From the IMG/VR virus record IMGVR_UViG_3300020577_003313: a DNA stretch of 64,000 nucleotides; one strand, written 5' to 3'. The notes beneath the pieces are model-generated. The model searched no databases, was not told the origin of the DNA, and saw nothing but the letters and a program-made list of their open reading frames with translations. Position numbers and translations under genes: made by a program. Below are positions 26,140 through 35,226 of this stretch, in pieces. Origin of the DNA: a virus. Lineage: Duplodnaviria; Caudoviricetes. The first letter of the stretch is position 1. Each line of letters begins with the position of its first letter.

Positions 26140-27726
26140 ATGACTAACTATCTTCCTGGTATCGGTGTAACCATAAACGATTCGGGCCTTAAACTTGGTC
26201 AGCCACCGGCTGGACCAAAGGTCACTCTTTTAGGTGTTACCTCAAATACTGGTTTGCTAATTAGAGAGCCATACACAATTGCCTCAGTAGAGAAGGCAAT
26301 GAACTCTCTGTATTTCGACTTTTCAGGACTTTCAATCCCTGGAGGACTTGCCAGTCAGTCTGGTAGAGTTCCAGGAGAATTAGCTCTAGCAGTAGAAGAA
26401 GTTTCTGCGGCTGGAACCTCAAACATTGAGGTAATGATCATAGGATGCTATTCCGGATCTTACCTACAAGATTACTTAAGAGCAGATATTGACAAGACTG
26501 GAAGATATCTAGACTTGTCTGGTGCTTACGATATCTTGAGAAATAGAGAACTAGATGTAGTTGTCCCAGTCGGGGTCTACATGGACGATCTATTTACTGG
26601 ATCACTAGGATCGACTTGGAACTTTGGTAAGCAGCTAGCCAATTTCTGCTTCCAGGCTACAGCCGAATCTAGCGCGACTCACGGTGTTATTGGTGTAAGA
26701 CCAGTCCTTGAGTGGGCTACGTGCAACAGAACTGGATTACTCCCAGTTAGCTCCTCTCTGTCTGGTGAGCTAGTCTCACTATACGGAATGGCTGCAACTG
26801 GACAATTCAATACAAACGCTCTAATTGCCCAACAGTTCAAGGCAAACGCTTTCAGCACTGCAAGCACTGCGCTAGTTAATAGCTGGCAGACTTACATGCT
26901 AGGCGACGGTGTTGGTCTTTACAACCCAACATTCACAGCTTGGTTAGCTGGAGCAAAGGATCAGTTTGGTAACAAGCTATCTGCAATCGACGTAAATACA
27001 GCTTCTAGCGTAAACAGCGCCTACTTCCCATACTGGCAAGCAGTTGACAGTGATGGTGTCGTGGCATTTGACTCTAGAGGAGTGAAGGTAGATGCTGGCG
27101 CATACATTAGCGTGTTTGCGGCACCTCTACGTCACGTCGGTACTCTAGTAAGACCATTGGCTCTAGCCCTTGGAGCTTCTCCAGCACTGACAAGCAGAAA
27201 CACATCTGCTGCGGCAGCTTATGCTGGTAAGATCCTAAGCTTGGCGCCTCAGTCTGGAACGACTTTCAAGGCAATTGATGGTCTAACCCAGCTGAAGCTA
27301 CTGTCTGCAAGACAGGCTAATGATTTGCTTGGAATGAGATATGTTACTATGTATTCCAGAACTAAGGGACTAGTAGTAGCACAAGGTGTTACTGGCGCAT
27401 ATAACGTCAGTAAGTATGTAAGATCTGACTTCGTCAACTTGACCACGGTTAGAATCGTGGCTGCTGTTGTCGATCTGATCAGAGCTGTCGGAGATAAGTA
27501 CATTGGTGAATCCAATGATGCAGCTAGAATCAACGCATTCGATGCTGACGTTCAGCAGGTATTGGGATCTATGAAGGGTGCCGGAGCTCTAAGAGCTGCC
27601 GACTACTCGATCTCTTCATCTCCTGACGAAAGAGTCCTAGGCATCATCAATGTTAACTTAACTATAGTACCAGCTTTCGAAATCGTTAAGATTAACTTAA
27701 CAGTATCCCTGTCTAAAGGAGAATAA
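26140..27726 (+). CDS. tail sheath protein
   Basis: YLPGIGVTIND N-terminus; C-terminal LTTVRIV...KYIGESN...VNLTIVPAFEIVKINLTV sheath signature. Confidence 0.92.
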   Translation: MTNYLPGIGVTINDSGLKLGQPPAGPKVTLLGVTSNTGLLIREPYTIASVEKAMNSLYFDFSGLSIPGGLASQSGRVPGELALAVEEVSAAGTSNIEVMIIGCYSGSYLQDYLRADIDKTGRYLDLSGAYDILRNRELDVVVPVGVYMDDLFTGSLGSTWNFGKQLANFCFQATAESSATHGVIGVRPVLEWATCNRTGLLPVSSSLSGELVSLYGMAATGQFNTNALIAQQFKANAFSTASTALVNSWQTYMLGDGVGLYNPTFTAWLAGAKDQFGNKLSAIDVNTASSVNSAYFPYWQAVDSDGVVAFDSRGVKVDAGAYISVFAAPLRHVGTLVRPLALALGASPALTSRNTSAAAAYAGKILSLAPQSGTTFKAIDGLTQLKLLSARQANDLLGMRYVTMYSRTKGLVVAQGVTGAYNVSKYVRSDFVNLTTVRIVAAVVDLIRAVGDKYIGESNDAARINAFDADVQQVLGSMKGAGALRAADYSISSSPDERVLGIINVNLTIVPAFEIVKINLTVSLSKGE

Positions 27727-27729
27727 TCC

Positions 27730-28419
27730 ATGGTTATAGGTAATGGACTGCCGCCTTCTGGCGCACAAAGAGCAGGGGCTTCTCTAACTAAGACCTACAA
27801 CAGCTTCTCTGGAGCTGATATTGTTGCCACTTTCGGTGGCAAGATTATCGGTGAGCTCCAGGGAGTCTCGTTTACGGTTCAGAGAGAAAAAGCTCCTATT
27901 TACACTATGGGAGAAGCTAATCCTAGATCTTTCTCTCGTGGTAAGAGAGGTATAGCTGGTTCTGTAGTTTTCCAGGTTTTTGATAGAAACGCGCTTCTGG
28001 AAGTAATGAGAGATAGACCTTACATTGCTAGCAGATACTCGATTCCTGATGATTTCGTGGTAAGTGATATCAACATCAATACCATTGAGATTATACCTGG
28101 TATTATTGGAGCAGCAGTTGGAGCCGCATCTCCAACTATATCTAGAATTGCACTCGATAAGGTACTGGCTAATCCTCAGTATCTAGATCAAGTACTGCCA
28201 TTCGATATAGTACTCACAGCAAGCAACGAATACGGAAGCGTTGCTAAGATGGCAATTCACGGAGTCGAAATCCTAAACTCTGGTACGTCAATGTCAGTTG
28301 ACGATATCAGCTTGGATCAGGCTTGCACGTTTATCGCTACTGCAATAACTGACTGGAACAGTCAGGGATTCGTTAGAGTAAACAATGACGGTAGATCTGC
28401 TTCATTCGAAGCAGGTTAA
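27730..28419 (+). CDS. tail tube protein (paralogue 1, probably the major tube)
   Basis: Follows the sheath; SFSGADI...GELQGVSF...REKAPIYTMG...RGKRGIAGS; followed by a terminator. Confidence 0.75.
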   Translation: MVIGNGLPPSGAQRAGASLTKTYNSFSGADIVATFGGKIIGELQGVSFTVQREKAPIYTMGEANPRSFSRGKRGIAGSVVFQVFDRNALLEVMRDRPYIASRYSIPDDFVVSDININTIEIIPGIIGAAVGAASPTISRIALDKVLANPQYLDQVLPFDIVLTASNEYGSVAKMAIHGVEILNSGTSMSVDDISLDQACTFIATAITDWNSQGFVRVNNDGRSASFEAG

Positions 28420-28445
28420 TCGCCAGTGATAGATAGCTAACAAAC

Positions 28446-28475
28446 GAGCAGGCAGAAATGCCTGCTCATTTTTTT
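28446..28475 (+). terminator. Rho-independent terminator with GAAA tetraloop
   Basis: GAGCAGGCA-GAAA-TGCCTGCTC-ATTTTTTT. Confidence 0.85.
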
Positions 28476-29297
28476 ATGAATGAATTCCAAAGAAATGTAA
28501 TAAACTCCAAGGTTGAGAGAGAACTAGGCCAATTCCCTGGCTCAGAGGCTCAAACCTTTAGTGGAACAGACATAAAAGCTGTCATGTATCTCCCTTTACT
28601 GACTGCTAATTCTGTTCTTGGTAAAAATCCTACCAAAATTAAAGTATTTGGAGACTTACAGACGATCTCTATATCATCTGCTAGGTCAATAAGCCCTGTT
28701 CGCCGATTAGGAAAGTCAAATCCAGTAGCATTTACACGAGGAGCCGTGACTTTTGCAGGAACTATGGTGTTTGCTACTATAAATAGAGACGCTTTTAGTG
28801 AAATTTATGATACAGACTTAGGAGAGAGCGCGGTTAATGCTTCTAATTCTATCATAGCTCATCAGCTTCCTCCATTTTCCATAGTAATTACAGCAGGAAA
28901 TGAGAAAGGAGCAGCAGGAATTCAGGTTATTCACGGAATAACCATCACAAATTACGGAACCACGTATTCAGTTGATGACCTTTATACAGAAACAAGCTAC
29001 ACATATGTGGCTACTGATTGTACTCCATTGGTTCCAGCTTCAGACGACCTTAAAAAGTTTGCTGACGTCCTAGAAGGAATAGGCAATACTGCTAAGACTA
29101 TAACTCAGTTAGTGTCAGAAAGTATGGATTCTGCCTATGGCTTTATCCAATCAGCGGCGACCACAACTAATCAGTTTGGCTTAGCTAGAAAAAATTATCA
29201 AAAGAGCTCAGAAGCTGGGTATGATGCTCTAATAAAGAGCAAAATACAGCCGCCAATAGGTGATTTTAGAAGATCAGATCTTGTGTTCCCTGAGTAA
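28476..29297 (+). CDS. tube-like protein (paralogue 2)
   Basis: TFSGTDI...GDLQTISI...RGAVTFAGT...LPPFSIVI...SVDDL aligns with paralogue 1; ATG 28458 lies inside the terminator stem, so 28476 is preferred. Confidence 0.7.
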   Translation: MNEFQRNVINSKVERELGQFPGSEAQTFSGTDIKAVMYLPLLTANSVLGKNPTKIKVFGDLQTISISSARSISPVRRLGKSNPVAFTRGAVTFAGTMVFATINRDAFSEIYDTDLGESAVNASNSIIAHQLPPFSIVITAGNEKGAAGIQVIHGITITNYGTTYSVDDLYTETSYTYVATDCTPLVPASDDLKKFADVLEGIGNTAKTITQLVSESMDSAYGFIQSAATTTNQFGLARKNYQKSSEAGYDALIKSKIQPPIGDFRRSDLVFPE

Positions 29298-29303
29298 ACT
29301 ATA

Positions 29304-30011
29304 ATGGTACAGATATATCCTACAGCTAGTACATCCGCAGTATTCCTAAATGGAATACATGTAGATGAAGCATATAGTTTTGGCTACAAAGCCAACGTGC
29401 CTAAGGTACCTATTTACGGTTACAATGACTACGAGTACTCTAAAGTTGTAAGAGGAAAGGGCATAGTTCAAGGAATGCTAGTGGTTAACTTTACTTTCCC
29501 TGGATATCTAGGATTTGTATTAGACAAACAAAGTTCTGCTTTTGTTCCGAGACTATATAACTACTCCATAGAGAAAGAGAATCTTTCTACTATAGATCAG
29601 TATGGTAAGAGTGTAATCAAAAGAATGGAAACTGAGTTGCCTTCTAATGACACTTCAGCGTCTAGAGCCGAGAGAGCAGAGTTTATAGCTTCTCTGGTTA
29701 CTAAGAAAGACAGAACAACCAAAGCTACTATAAAGAAAGCAATTAATTCATTCTTCTCCACTACTGGTATAGAAACAACCAGTATTATCCCAAATACACT
29801 TACTAAGGATTCCAAAATAGGTAATGTACTAGATGTATACTATATGGATCCAAACCTTTCCTTATGGTTCAATAGATTCAACTCCGTTGAATTCACTGAG
29901 GAAGGACAGACTATAAGCCAAGCAGGTGCCGAAGGCTCTTCTGAGCCACTCTACACCATATATCAATTTATTGCCAAAAACGTAGAGACAGTTAGAGTTT
30001 CTAGGTCCTAA
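29304..30011 (+). CDS. tube-like protein (paralogue 3)
   Basis: KVPIYGY...RGKGIVQG aligns with KAPIYTMG...RGKRGIAG. Confidence 0.6.
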   Translation: MVQIYPTASTSAVFLNGIHVDEAYSFGYKANVPKVPIYGYNDYEYSKVVRGKGIVQGMLVVNFTFPGYLGFVLDKQSSAFVPRLYNYSIEKENLSTIDQYGKSVIKRMETELPSNDTSASRAERAEFIASLVTKKDRTTKATIKKAINSFFSTTGIETTSIIPNTLTKDSKIGNVLDVYYMDPNLSLWFNRFNSVEFTEEGQTISQAGAEGSSEPLYTIYQFIAKNVETVRVSRS

Positions 30012-30022
30012 GAATTAAAAAT

Positions 30023-30394
30023 ATGAGCACATCAATAGAAGATAAGATCAAAGCAGCTAAAACATGCGGTAGTCGTGTCATGAAGTCTAAGGTCTCCGGT
30101 ATTGAGGTTATCTATAGAAGCCTGACACGAAAGGAAATGCGAGACCTTCAGAGGAAGGTCGCTGACAAAACCGATTCTCTCAGGAAAGATAAAGAACGCC
30201 TCTCCGAAGCAGAGCTCCTCCGCCTAAAGGAGGAGGGAGAAGAAGCGATTGTCTTCAGGGGAGTACTTTCTCCAAACCTGGAATCTGAACTAGACTTGCT
30301 AGGTCTTCCGGCTGCATTTGTCCCCAATGTCGCGGAATATATTCTTAGTGCCTCCGGTTTCGGCGAAGAAATTACACCCCCAGAAGAACTATAA
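30023..30394 (+). CDS. tail assembly chaperone A
   Basis: IYRSLTRKE motif; between tube and tape measure genes. Confidence 0.65.
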   Translation: MSTSIEDKIKAAKTCGSRVMKSKVSGIEVIYRSLTRKEMRDLQRKVADKTDSLRKDKERLSEAELLRLKEEGEEAIVFRGVLSPNLESELDLLGLPAAFVPNVAEYILSASGFGEEITPPEEL

Positions 30395-30397
30395 GAT

Positions 30398-31021
30398 GTG
30401 AGCGAGACGAAAGAATTAGTCCATCCTGATGTAGGTTTTGGGCTGCTCGAAGCGCGACAACGTTTCGAGCGGCTTTTTTTGTTTAGACTGAAAGGTAAAA
30501 CCTTCATATTCAGACCACTCACAATAAGTGAGTGCGAGTCAATATTTAGTCTTGCAGACTATGTAGATAGCTTTGTAGTAGACGATTGGATCGTTACTAA
30601 AACTGCTATATCCGGAGATGTGAACTGGCTTCTAAACGAAGCCATGGCAGGGTATACTGCTAGCGTTGCTAGCTATATAATCAAAAAATCTACCCTGAAG
30701 GACGTGGAAGAAATTGCTATTCTCCTTGATAAGGAGAGAGAATCTAAATCAGCGATCTCGTGTGTCTTAGATTCTATGGTAATGCTGGCCGCTGGCCACA
30801 TCGTCAAAGATTCTAAGTCACTAACATACCGACAGCAAATTAAGTATGTAGCATTTGCTGAAGATGTACTATCCAAAAAATTGGAGCTAGCTAAGCCTTC
30901 TTCTCTACCAGAGAACAAGAAAAACAGAAAGCTTAGTCCAGAAGCTGCAAGAATACTCAGTAAAGAAGCTGCCGATAAACCAAACTTCGAGAAAGACAAC
31001 GAAGCACTTAGAAACGTGTAA
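30398..31021 (+). CDS. tail assembly chaperone B (paralogue of A)
   Basis: FIFRPLTISE motif; GTG start; same frame as chaperone A. Confidence 0.6.
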   Translation: MSETKELVHPDVGFGLLEARQRFERLFLFRLKGKTFIFRPLTISECESIFSLADYVDSFVVDDWIVTKTAISGDVNWLLNEAMAGYTASVASYIIKKSTLKDVEEIAILLDKERESKSAISCVLDSMVMLAAGHIVKDSKSLTYRQQIKYVAFAEDVLSKKLELAKPSSLPENKKNRKLSPEAARILSKEAADKPNFEKDNEALRNV

Positions 31022-34000
31022 TGGCTGATAACTACATCAACCAAAAAAGGCAGCAAGAACTAGCCAACCAACATAAGGACAACCTTTGGTGGTTGTACCC
31101 TATGGGAGCGGGACTGGGCGCTATTGGTCTTGGTGCTTTCATATACAAGTCTACAGCGAGCCAGGGCGGTACTGTAGTATCTAACTTAATGCACTTCCTA
31201 GGCAGACCTAGGGGCGTTGCTGTAAATGTAGATACCATATCTAATGCTGGCCCTAGTGCTCCATCTTCGGGAATGTCTGGAATCAGATCATTCCTCAGTG
31301 CCACATTCAATATCAGCAAGCAAAAAGTTGATCTAGGCCCAATAGATCTGATTAGAGATCTCGGGGGATCTCTAGAAATCATTGGCAATACTAGAGCCCC
31401 GGTTAGAGAAGCTGTTCAGAATAGAGTTACTGAAGCTATAAACAGACGTTATGTCAATAACGCCAATACCGCGAGTTTCTTTTCTCAGAACTTACAAAGA
31501 GTAACTGTAGGAGAAGTACTACAGAATAAAGACATTTGGTCTAACTTAATAGGGCTTCACCAGTGGAACGTTCTTTCTGCTGCTTCTTCTAGAAACTTAG
31601 TTAGTGCTTCAACTCCTCTAGATAGGAATATATTCAAGACTAGCACTGGATATCTGAGAGATACCAGAATTAGAAATATATTCATGAGGTCGGAGAATGG
31701 ACAGCTAAAGCCTAAGATCGACTTCTTCTCGCAGTTTAGCTCAATCAAGTCCTTAATGGGAGAAGGCAATAGATTTGCTGTACTCAGAAATACTCCAAAT
31801 GTAAAAGGAAACAGTTACTTTATAGACGGAAATGTCTATGCCTATACTAAAAGTACTGCTGGCAATTTTACAGAACATCTAGTAGAAACTGGTAAGATTC
31901 TCAGAAACAATGGAGATAGATTAGAACCTATAAGAGCTGCTAAAGAAGGCAGGCTAAAGTTTGATCTCAAGATAAGAACCTCACCGCTCGGAGGACTAGT
32001 TACTCAGTTCGAGAAAGCAACAGGAGTAGGAACTAGCTTTCAGAATAGATACACATTTGCGCAGAGATGGTTGGTCAACCCAGTAAAGAGACTAGCAGGA
32101 CTATCTTCTGGATTTGCCCAAGTTAGAAAGATACAAGTACTCAATTCTAACAGAATTGAAGGTATCATTGATGAGTTCGCGGGATCTACAACCCCAGAGA
32201 TTGTAAGACAAGGACCCAGAAAGACTATCATAGTTGGTGATCATGTAGATTTCAAGTCCCTTTCTGGATTTGAAAAGATAGCTACTATCTTTGGTCACAG
32301 TAACAAACATACTCTAATTAACTCAGGATCTGGTTCTTATTACGATTCTATCCTTACAGGCGGAGTAGAACCTCACCTACGGCCTAAAGATTGGTTTATT
32401 CCTAAGCCTCCAGAAGGAGGCTTCAAGATAGAGAGTACTAAGTCAGAGTTTTATACTGCTCCAGAAAGTAAGCTAATTCCTGGAATTACTTCCTTAAGAG
32501 ATTTCGCTAGCTACTCTATGTACAGAGTTAGCCACTTGGCTTCTGAAACTCTATTCGGAATCAGCTTTGCTCCTTCTGCATCGTTCTTGGGTAATGCAGC
32601 AAGACTTGCTGCTATACCAATGATATATGAAGCAGGTAGACAGTTAGTTAATTACGCAGATTATGGTCTAGAATCTACAATAGGATTCTCTCCTATAAAA
32701 GCTGCCGCGACTATCTATACTAAAATAAGAGAAGCTCAGCAGTCAGTTAGATCTAGCTTAGGTATTCAACAAGCGGCTGCTGAACTAGAAAAGAACTTCC
32801 CAGGATCTATGGATACGACTGGGTCGTTAATTGCTAGAAGTATTGTTGCTCCTGCTATAGCGTTTGCTTCTTTATCCAAGTTTACGTCAATAGGTAAAGC
32901 TGCTCTAGGAGCAGCGGGTGTATTTGGGTTAATAGGAGGATCTGATGTTCAGCAAACTCCTGAAGCTCTTGCTAAAGAATATGCAGGAGATATAAAAGTA
33001 CCAGTAAGAAAAGGTAGATGGTGGAGCATTGGCGGTACGCCATATGAAGGCGGAGATATAGAAAGATTTGACTACAGCTGGTACCACAAGCTAAAGAGCG
33101 ACTATAAGAACAAATCTATTTACGGATCTTCGGATGAGTACTGGAAGTACAACGCTAATGTGTTCGGTATTCCATTACCGACTCCTAGCAATTGGTTTGG
33201 ACTAAGAAACATTCTTAATCCTTACAGGGCCGAGATAATCAATAAAGATTCAAGACCTTACGAGGAGACCGCGCCAGCTCTCAGTGATATACCAATATTT
33301 GGTCCAGCACTAGGAGAAACAATAGGAAGACTAATGAAGCCTTCGGCTTCTAGAGTTCCGGGACCAGTAGCTGAGGTAGGTCTTGTACCAAGAGGTCTTA
33401 CAGCTTCTGATGCTAGATCTCTAGGTATTCCAGAGATGAACATCTCTGAGATAGATTTCTCCCCATCTCTTCTAGACAAAGTAAAGAAGATGGCGGATGT
33501 TGCATCCGAACCTATCGGTGTGTATAAGTTCGTGATGGAATATTTTGGTATACGGCTCGAACCTAAGAAAGAACAACTAGCTACTTCTTCTAATATAGAC
33601 TCAGTAGGGAAAGGTCTCTATGACATGGACCTTGGCGGCGGCCTAGGTCAGACCGAATTCCTAAGAAGATTCATGCTGAGCGATTACCATGATAGCTCGC
33701 AGACAGCTAGAATGGTTAACAGAATCAGAAATAATATGCCAGACTGGGTGCCCGGATCTGGCTCTGTCTTTGAAAAAGACAAAGATTACTACATAGACTA
33801 TGGTACCGGATCTCCGTTTGATAAGCTAACGCAAGGAGAAGCGAGATTACCTGGTAGAGGCTACGAAAGCTTAAATAAACTAGAGTCAGGACAAGAGCGA
33901 GTTTATAGCCCTGTAGACAGATTACTCATTCTATCAGACATAGCTCCATACTCAGAAGCATATAAGTATTACGACAATTTAGTTTCTAAGATGAAACTTG

Positions 34001-35226
34001 CCCCTGAGTGGCAAGAAAAAGTTAAACTAGCTAGGGAGTATAAGGAAAAATCTACTAGAATTGATAATAGGTTTCCTAGATATACAGATTCCCTTATTGC
34101 CATTAACGAAAGAATCAAAGACTCAGCAGCATATAAAACTACTAGAGGAATCTACGATACTATAACACATGATGTTCTTAGCGAGATCCCACTGTTTGGA
34201 AGTAAACTGTTCCCATTTAGGGACAGCTATGAACGATACAGAAAAGAGCACATAGAAGGTTCTCAGTTTGCTTCATGGTTTACTCCATGGGAAGACATAC
34301 AAAGACCAGCTCTAACTGATATGGCTTTGTCTAATCCATTAGTCGGAGCCCTGAAGGGAGGAACTATAGGATTCTTGCTAGGAGGACCAATGAGTTGGGC
34401 AAGTCCTCTGTCCATAGGACCTTCTACCTCTATTGTAGGAGGTATGATAGTTGGAGGAGCACTAAGCGCGGGTCGAATTGCTCTTGGAGTCTCAGATAAC
34501 TATGTTCCGGATCATGTTAGAGAAGAATCGAATACTAATATGTACTTAGATTCTCTATCTTACATAAAGAACAGAGCTCTCGAAGAGAGAGCTAATAGCA
34601 TGGGCGTTTCTTCTTCTGAGTTTAGAAAGAATGCTAGAAAGACTTTAGTCGGCGCAAATACTCCAATTATGTTAAGAGCTTCTCTTCCGACTTCTCTAGA
34701 TAAGAAATATTTTGATCAGTTCCTAGAGACTCCAGTCGGTAATAGAGAGCAACTCCTTGCAGGAGTGTCTCCTCATCTAGCTTATGCTCTAAACAAAGCA
34801 TGGGGCATGGGCTACAATAGCCAACAGTCTGCTGATACAGAAGCTGTAGCAAGAGTATCAGATGTAGGTGTTCCATCTTTTGATTCCTTAGCCTGGCATC
34901 CAATGGTAGACAATAGGTCAATGGGACTCAAGCTAGTCACCCACGGACTTAATGGAGTTAGCGATAACTACCACAGATATGGCTTCTATGAAGCCAACGA
35001 AGCTACCATAAGAACAAGAATGCCAGATCTTTGGAACGAATCGACTACTTTCGTAAGTCCTCCTAACTTTGCTAGCGCAAAGGAATACATACAGAACATT
35101 GGCCAAAATATTGATGGCAGGGTTACTACTTCTGTAACCTACACTCCATACAGAGCCAAATATACTCAGAAGCTGCAAATAGATAGAAGTAAAGATAATC
35201 TGCCGATTATTCAAGGTAGGTACTAG
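31021..35226 (+). CDS. tape measure protein
   Basis: 1401 aa after the chaperones; helical Ala/Gly-rich stretches and several hydrophobic segments. Confidence 0.7.
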   Translation: MADNYINQKRQQELANQHKDNLWWLYPMGAGLGAIGLGAFIYKSTASQGGTVVSNLMHFLGRPRGVAVNVDTISNAGPSAPSSGMSGIRSFLSATFNISKQKVDLGPIDLIRDLGGSLEIIGNTRAPVREAVQNRVTEAINRRYVNNANTASFFSQNLQRVTVGEVLQNKDIWSNLIGLHQWNVLSAASSRNLVSASTPLDRNIFKTSTGYLRDTRIRNIFMRSENGQLKPKIDFFSQFSSIKSLMGEGNRFAVLRNTPNVKGNSYFIDGNVYAYTKSTAGNFTEHLVETGKILRNNGDRLEPIRAAKEGRLKFDLKIRTSPLGGLVTQFEKATGVGTSFQNRYTFAQRWLVNPVKRLAGLSSGFAQVRKIQVLNSNRIEGIIDEFAGSTTPEIVRQGPRKTIIVGDHVDFKSLSGFEKIATIFGHSNKHTLINSGSGSYYDSILTGGVEPHLRPKDWFIPKPPEGGFKIESTKSEFYTAPESKLIPGITSLRDFASYSMYRVSHLASETLFGISFAPSASFLGNAARLAAIPMIYEAGRQLVNYADYGLESTIGFSPIKAAATIYTKIREAQQSVRSSLGIQQAAAELEKNFPGSMDTTGSLIARSIVAPAIAFASLSKFTSIGKAALGAAGVFGLIGGSDVQQTPEALAKEYAGDIKVPVRKGRWWSIGGTPYEGGDIERFDYSWYHKLKSDYKNKSIYGSSDEYWKYNANVFGIPLPTPSNWFGLRNILNPYRAEIINKDSRPYEETAPALSDIPIFGPALGETIGRLMKPSASRVPGPVAEVGLVPRGLTASDARSLGIPEMNISEIDFSPSLLDKVKKMADVASEPIGVYKFVMEYFGIRLEPKKEQLATSSNIDSVGKGLYDMDLGGGLGQTEFLRRFMLSDYHDSSQTARMVNRIRNNMPDWVPGSGSVFEKDKDYYIDYGTGSPFDKLTQGEARLPGRGYESLNKLESGQERVYSPVDRLLILSDIAPYSEAYKYYDNLVSKMKLAPEWQEKVKLAREYKEKSTRIDNRFPRYTDSLIAINERIKDSAAYKTTRGIYDTITHDVLSEIPLFGSKLFPFRDSYERYRKEHIEGSQFASWFTPWEDIQRPALTDMALSNPLVGALKGGTIGFLLGGPMSWASPLSIGPSTSIVGGMIVGGALSAGRIALGVSDNYVPDHVREESNTNMYLDSLSYIKNRALEERANSMGVSSSEFRKNARKTLVGANTPIMLRASLPTSLDKKYFDQFLETPVGNREQLLAGVSPHLAYALNKAWGMGYNSQQSADTEAVARVSDVGVPSFDSLAWHPMVDNRSMGLKLVTHGLNGVSDNYHRYGFYEANEATIRTRMPDLWNESTTFVSPPNFASAKEYIQNIGQNIDGRVTTSVTYTPYRAKYTQKLQIDRSKDNLPIIQGRY

